From a virus (Duplodnaviria; Heunggongvirae; Uroviricota; Caudoviricetes): DNA of 10,214 nt. Numbering within the stretch: the first letter of the stretch is position 1; each line of letters begins with the position of its first letter. Location: positions 1 through 10,214 of the IMG/VR virus record IMGVR_UViG_2526164688_000015; one strand, 5' to 3'. The notes beneath the pieces were generated by a model that did not search any database, was not told the DNA's origin, and worked only from the letters and a program-made list of their open reading frames with translations. A program made the position numbers and the translations under genes. Positions 6,024-10,214 of the stretch are shown here, piece after piece.

Positions 6024-8867
6024 TCAATCTTTATCGTAAAAACTGCCACGCCCGGCACGGGCGCGCCGTTCCATTTCTGCCCTGACCATTTCACCGACCA
6101 GTTTCGCCAGTTCGCGGGGATTCTGCGTAACAACGTTATGCAGATGAACATGAATTTCACCACCAAATCCGGAGGCAACAGGCTCCCGGTTACGGGAAGT
6201 TACAGGAACTGATGCCACTGGAGATCGTATAGCCTCCGCCACCGGGCGGGAGCTGGCCGCAACAACAGGGACCAGCGCCGGAGGCAGCGGAGCCGGGACC
6301 ACGGGTGTGATATTAATTGCGGGGGCAGGCTTACTGACCTGCGCAATCTTCCGCTCCTGCCACTCCCCACGAACAGCAAGTGCTCGGGGCAGGTTTTTAA
6401 AGACAATATCGCCGGGGCCAATGCGTTTTTTCGTCTCCTCAACCAGCTTACCTGTGTTATCAGCAATTTTGCTGAGTCTGCGCAGCGTACCGGTATTGCT
6501 GTCTGTGAGCGGTTTATTGTCTTTGGGGTTATCACCTCCGGTGCCATTGCCATTTTCCACAGGCTTCGGCGGATTGATTTTCGCCAGGTCCCCCTGAAGC
6601 AAGGCAACCTTGTCCTGAAGAATGGCCGCACGCTGTGCGTCTTCGATTTTCTTGCGCGCCCTTTCCGCTTCATCCGGAAGCACACCAAGCTTTTCAAGTA
6701 TCCACGCCAGCGTATCCAGCAACATTTTTGCAGGTGTCAGAACAAGTTGTAACGCACCGCCAAGAACGTTACCGAATATCTCGCCAGCACTGGTACATTT
6801 ATCCAGAGTTTCCTTGCTGGACTCCATCGGTGACAGCAGCGATTTAAACCAGTTAAACACCTGGCTGATCCCACTCCCGATTGCGTCAAAAACAGGACCA
6901 AACCGTTCAAAGGTTTCGCGCAACGGGGTCAGCCTTTCCATAATCCCGCTGAACACCCCGGCAAAAAATGCCCTGATGGGATCCCAGTATTTCCAGATAA
7001 GAACGGCAGCTCCGGCAAGCGCAGCCACGATAAGACCAACCGGACTGAACAACGCCCCGATAGCGCCTCCCAGTAAAGAAACGGAACCCGTCACCATTCC
7101 CCATAGTGCTGGCAGAACCCTGACAGCATTCATTGATCCGGTCAGGAGGGAAAAACCAAGACGCAGTTTTGCCAGCGGGCCAGCAAGCACACCAATAGCC
7201 AGCGACAACGAGCCAACCGTTGCAGTCATTGCCAGCAGTGCACCGCCTGCAATCAGTAGCTGGCGCGTCAGTGCGGGATGGGCCTGCGCCAGCGCCGTCA
7301 CCTTTGATACCACACGCGTGAGCCACTGCGTGACAGAACGCAGCGGACCGTCAATCAGATCTGCAATGCGGATGCGCAACCCTTCCCATGCACTGCTGAG
7401 TGATTTCAGATCGCCGTCAAGGTTGTTGGCCATAACCTTTGCCGTGCGTTCAGCCTCACCGCGCGCGCCTTCAAGTTCTTTTCTCAGTTTGGGTAAGGAG
7501 CCGTCACCTGCCGCATCAACGAGGGCCATAAATGATGTGAAAGCCTCTTCTCCGGCAATGTCCTTAAAGAACGATACCCGGTCAACTTCCCCGTATTTGC
7601 GGGTAGCTTTATAAAGGTCAGCCAGCACATCCTCCATCGGGCGCATTTTGCCCCCGGCATCCGAGACAGACACGCCAAGCTCTTTCAGCGCCTCTGCTGC
7701 CGCCTTTGGCGGTGATGCCAGACGAGCCAGGCTGGCACGCATTGCCGTACCAGCATCACTCCCCCTGATCCCCATATTCGCTAGCACGCCCGCCATCGCT
7801 GCGGCCTGCTCCAGCGATATTCCCAGCTTACCCGCCACCGGACCTGCATATTTCATGGTTTCACCCAGTGCGCGAAGGTCAGTGTTGGTACGGGTAAACG
7901 CTGCGGTGAGTGTGTCGCCGACCCGGTCCATCTGGTCAGCAGAAAGACCGAACTGCGTCAGAATATTTGAGCCAATATCCGCCGTCTCACCGAGGTCCAT
8001 ACCGCCAGCCGTTGCCATGCTCAGTACGCCAGGGAGCGCAGCCTGAATGGCCTGCGGTGTGAAGCCAGCCATTGCAAGAAATGCCTGCCCACTGGCGGCA
8101 TCGCCTGCGGTGAACTGCGTTTCAGAGCCCAGTTTTAACGCCTGCTCACGCAGCGCCTTAAACTGCGGGCTGTTTTTGTCGATTCGCGTCAGTGCCTGAA
8201 CGCGGGACATCTCTTTCCCGAACCCGATCGCAGGCTGCAAAAAACGCCCGGCAGCATAGCCGCCCGCCGCTGCCGCACCAATTGCCAGCGCACCACCTGT
8301 TTTCAGTTTTCCCGCTGTTTCCTGCGCGCGCGAATACCGCTCACGCGCCCGCGTTACACGCGCAAGCGCCTGCCGTTCGCGTTCAAGCTGGTTGTTGTAC
8401 TGTTCGGTGCGTCTGATGGCCTGCTGGATGGTGTTATCGCTGCCTGTCAGGGAAATGCCGTGGCGTTTCAGCTCTCCGCCAAGCTCCCGCATTTTCTGAA
8501 TTTCCCGTGTGCGCGATTCATTCAGGCGTTCAAGCCGGGTGCTTAACTGCTGCATCAGCTTTTGTTGTTTTTCGCTGAGCACTGTACCCGTGCGTTGTAA
8601 CTGATTAAGGGCGTTAAGCTGGCGTCGTGCTTTCACGATACCCGCATCCGCTTTACTGACAGCGTCCCGGGCGCGCTCAAATGAACGCGCCTGACGCTCG
8701 AGATTTTTGATCGCCCCCTGCGTTCGCTGGATGGAGTCACCAAACTGCCCCATCAGGCGGCGGGCGTTTTCGGCAGGCCGGGTCAGCCTGTCAACGGCGC
8801 TGAAAGCGCCCCGGATGTCAAGAGTCTTCATTATCTGCATTCCCGCTGCGAAGTGCCGCCCGCTCAC
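6024..8867 (-). CDS. T: Tail tape measure protein T
   Basis: 947-aa ORF immediately downstream of E/E'. It has a coiled-coil-like N-terminal region, a long central hydrophobic Ala/Gly/Leu-rich region and a Pro-rich C-terminal segment. The start is uncertain: GTG 8867, or ATG 8840 or 8831. It overlaps the end of the E' frame, as in P2. Confidence 0.9.
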   Translation of the reverse strand: MSGRHFAAGMQIMKTLDIRGAFSAVDRLTRPAENARRLMGQFGDSIQRTQGAIKNLERQARSFERARDAVSKADAGIVKARRQLNALNQLQRTGTVLSEKQQKLMQQLSTRLERLNESRTREIQKMRELGGELKRHGISLTGSDNTIQQAIRRTEQYNNQLERERQALARVTRARERYSRAQETAGKLKTGGALAIGAAAAGGYAAGRFLQPAIGFGKEMSRVQALTRIDKNSPQFKALREQALKLGSETQFTAGDAASGQAFLAMAGFTPQAIQAALPGVLSMATAGGMDLGETADIGSNILTQFGLSADQMDRVGDTLTAAFTRTNTDLRALGETMKYAGPVAGKLGISLEQAAAMAGVLANMGIRGSDAGTAMRASLARLASPPKAAAEALKELGVSVSDAGGKMRPMEDVLADLYKATRKYGEVDRVSFFKDIAGEEAFTSFMALVDAAGDGSLPKLRKELEGARGEAERTAKVMANNLDGDLKSLSSAWEGLRIRIADLIDGPLRSVTQWLTRVVSKVTALAQAHPALTRQLLIAGGALLAMTATVGSLSLAIGVLAGPLAKLRLGFSLLTGSMNAVRVLPALWGMVTGSVSLLGGAIGALFSPVGLIVAALAGAAVLIWKYWDPIRAFFAGVFSGIMERLTPLRETFERFGPVFDAIGSGISQVFNWFKSLLSPMESSKETLDKCTSAGEIFGNVLGGALQLVLTPAKMLLDTLAWILEKLGVLPDEAERARKKIEDAQRAAILQDKVALLQGDLAKINPPKPVENGNGTGGDNPKDNKPLTDSNTGTLRRLSKIADNTGKLVEETKKRIGPGDIVFKNLPRALAVRGEWQERKIAQVSKPAPAINITPVVPAPLPPALVPVVAASSRPVAEAIRSPVASVPVTSRNREPVASGFGGEIHVHLHNVVTQNPRELAKLVGEMVRAEMERRARAGRGSFYDKD

Positions 8868-9356
8868 GCCAGCTAACCACTTCGCCGGGCGTCATCATGA
8901 AGATTTCGGCGGGCGACCAGTTAAAAATGGCGGCAATATCCGCCACCAGATCTTCGATGTGCTCAAAGCACACCAGGGTGATTACGCTGCCGTCTCCTGC
9001 ACGCTCTTCGCGCCAGAGTCTGGCTCGCTCATAAAATTTACAGCCACAGCGCACAACTGAATAAAATCGCGTGACGACATTTTTTTAATCATCACTTCAT
9101 CCAGTCGTGGCGAAGTCACGCGAGGCAACAGCGTGAACATGGTATCCGCTTTCAGATTCAGCACATCAGACAGCGACAGACCACGCAGGGATCCCGCCTG
9201 CTCAATAGCCCCGGTGATTTCCACATATGTGATTTTTTCGGCACCACGCTCAATTGGCCGGGAAAGTTTTACACCACGTTCGACAGCCATATCCTCACCT
9301 GCCGTCACATCATCCGCTACGGTGTTATTCCGGGTTTCAGTATCGATGTCTTTCAT
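8818..9356 (-). CDS. Tail assembly chaperone E+E' (predicted programmed -1 frameshift product)
   Basis: The ORF at 8818-9054 is in the -1 frame relative to E by coordinate arithmetic. That frame opens just after a TAA at 9087-9085 and runs to a stop at 8818, overlapping the T start. An A7 tract at 9080-9086 lies in the overlap. The architecture matches the P2 E/E' and lambda G/GT paradigm. Confidence 0.6.
8982..9356 (-). CDS. E: Tail assembly chaperone E (zero-frame product)
   Basis: 124-aa ORF with ATG 9356 and an AAGGAGA RBS. It lies between the tube and tape measure genes, which is the conserved position of the frameshifting chaperone pair. Confidence 0.8.
   Translation of the reverse strand: MKDIDTETRNNTVADDVTAGEDMAVERGVKLSRPIERGAEKITYVEITGAIEQAGSLRGLSLSDVLNLKADTMFTLLPRVTSPRLDEVMIKKMSSRDFIQLCAVAVNFMSEPDSGAKSVQETAA
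9080..9086 (-). other. Candidate slippery site (A7 on the mRNA) for the E to E' -1 frameshift
   Basis: The E frame reads ATT-AAA-AAA-ATG (I-K-K-M). The homopolymeric A7 run sits exactly where the -1 frame becomes open. Confidence 0.5.
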
Positions 9357-9379
9357 CAGTTGTCTCCTTTTCAGTCAGA

Positions 9380-9398
9380 GGCGACGCACTGCGCCGCC
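9380..9398 (-). other. GC-rich stem-loop in the FII-E intergenic region (possible attenuator or mRNA stability element)
   Basis: The mRNA sequence GGCGGCGCA-GU-GCGUCGCC can form an 8-bp stem including one G-U pair. There is no downstream U tract, so it is not a canonical terminator. It lies in the 55-nt gap between the tube gene stop and the E RBS. Confidence 0.35.
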
Positions 9399-9411
9399 TG
9401 CATATTACTTA

Positions 9412-9924
9412 TCAGCCAAGCCCAAGCGCGGAGCGAATGCGGTCAGGCACAATGTCCTTGCCGTCCTTCCGGTAGATGTGGTTCAACAGGTCGATTTCCC
9501 ACAGCGGGCGATCGTTAACACTCAGCTTGTAGTAGGTGTTTTTGACAGCGTATGTGTGTGATGTGGCTTCGCCCTGTTTGGCCTCCCCCATATCAATTTC
9601 CGTCACACGCCCGCGCATCTCGATTTCATACAGATCGCTTTCTGCATCGGTGTAATATTCACCCGCAAAACGCAGCAGCGTGCCGTCAATCGTGCCGCCA
9701 TACTTAAGGAACAGTGCACGAACAGCTCCACCCATGACAAAGCTCGCATCAAGCGCGGAGTCGTCCAGACCGAGATCAATACTTACCGCCCCCATCATGC
9801 CACCACCACGATAACTGTCGGTTTTGCGCGTCAGTTTGGGCGGCGTGACGGATGTCACTTTACCCACTTCGTTTTCACCATCCACAAACAACGTAAAAAA
9901 GCGAAGATGTTTTGGTACAGCCAT
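9412..9924 (-). CDS. FII: Major tail tube protein FII
   Basis: 170-aa ORF with ATG at 9924-9922 overlapping the sheath stop (TGATG) and a GGGAGG RBS. The size and position immediately after the sheath gene fit P2 FII-family tube proteins. Confidence 0.88.
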   Translation of the reverse strand: MAVPKHLRFFTLFVDGENEVGKVTSVTPPKLTRKTDSYRGGGMMGAVSIDLGLDDSALDASFVMGGAVRALFLKYGGTIDGTLLRFAGEYYTDAESDLYEIEMRGRVTEIDMGEAKQGEATSHTYAVKNTYYKLSVNDRPLWEIDLLNHIYRKDGKDIVPDRIRSALGLG

Positions 9925-10214
9925 CAGGCACCTCCCAGCACCGCAAATGCGGGACCAAAGAATTCATCAGTAAACGTCTGGTAAAGCTCCATGTCTTCCA
10001 GCGGGGGAACGGGCGTATATTTGTAGCGAATACGCACACGCCCCTGACGTAAATCCGTGGTGCCGTTATCCACCACGTCATACCAGCACTCCGCGCCAAT
10101 CAGTTTCCCGGCAGTAACCAGTGAATCCAGTTTTGCCCTGATGGCACTGATAACATCCTTCACGTTCGCAGGCGTCAGTGGACTGTCGATGGTTTCAAAC
10201 TGCGCTTCCGCAAT
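9924..10214 (-). CDS. FI: Tail sheath protein FI, C-terminal part (5' end lies outside the window)
   Basis: The reading frame is open from the window edge (10214) down to TGA at 9926-9924. The C-terminus ..WYDVVDNGTTDLRQGRVRIRYKYTPVPPLEDMELYQTFTDEFF.. and its position upstream of the tube gene fit contractile sheath proteins. Confidence 0.85.
   Translation of the reverse strand: MAEAQFETIDSPLTPANVKDVISAIRAKLDSLVTAGKLIGAECWYDVVDNGTTDLRQGRVRIRYKYTPVPPLEDMELYQTFTDEFFGPAFAVLGGA

Noticed and set aside
6622-7614. 330-aa plus-strand ORF, and a 96-aa ORF at 6307-6597
   Set aside because: Both are entirely antisense to the tape measure gene, which has the operon context and a tape-measure-like composition. 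They are Ser/Ala/Pro-rich low-complexity translations typical of the reverse strand of a GC-rich gene, with no convincing start context.
9875-10099. 74-aa minus-strand ORF overlapping the sheath/tube boundary
   Set aside because: Out of frame with the sheath C-terminus, which is continuous to the window edge and translationally coupled to the tube gene.
1-10214. CRISPR arrays, tRNA/rRNA genes, IS elements or toxin-antitoxin/defence cargo
   Set aside because: Coding density is near 100 percent with tail structural genes. No direct-repeat/spacer arrays, no tRNA-like structures and no transposase-like ORFs were seen.

Overview
This window is almost entirely coding and reads as a P2-like myovirus tail module (prophage or R-type tailocin; the window alone cannot distinguish them). 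The plus strand carries the baseplate/fibre operon V(partial)-W-J-I-H plus a small downstream ORF. The minus strand carries a convergent tail-shaft operon: sheath FI (partial), tube FII, chaperone E/E+E', tape measure T and U. Between the two operons sits a Pin/Gin/Hin-family serine DNA invertase, next to a roughly 1.6 kb invertible segment bounded by 26-bp hix/gix-like inverted crossover sites at 3203-3228 (inside H) and 4814-4839. The segment holds an antisense alternative fibre tip and its own tail-fibre assembly chaperone, so the element appears to encode a two-state host-range switch. Other points of note are a candidate -1 frameshift site (A7 run) for E+E', tandem 70-aa repeats in the fibre shaft, a bidirectional terminator between the convergent operons, and the absence of a D-like gene downstream of U. 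All homology statements are from recalled protein families and motifs, not from database searches.
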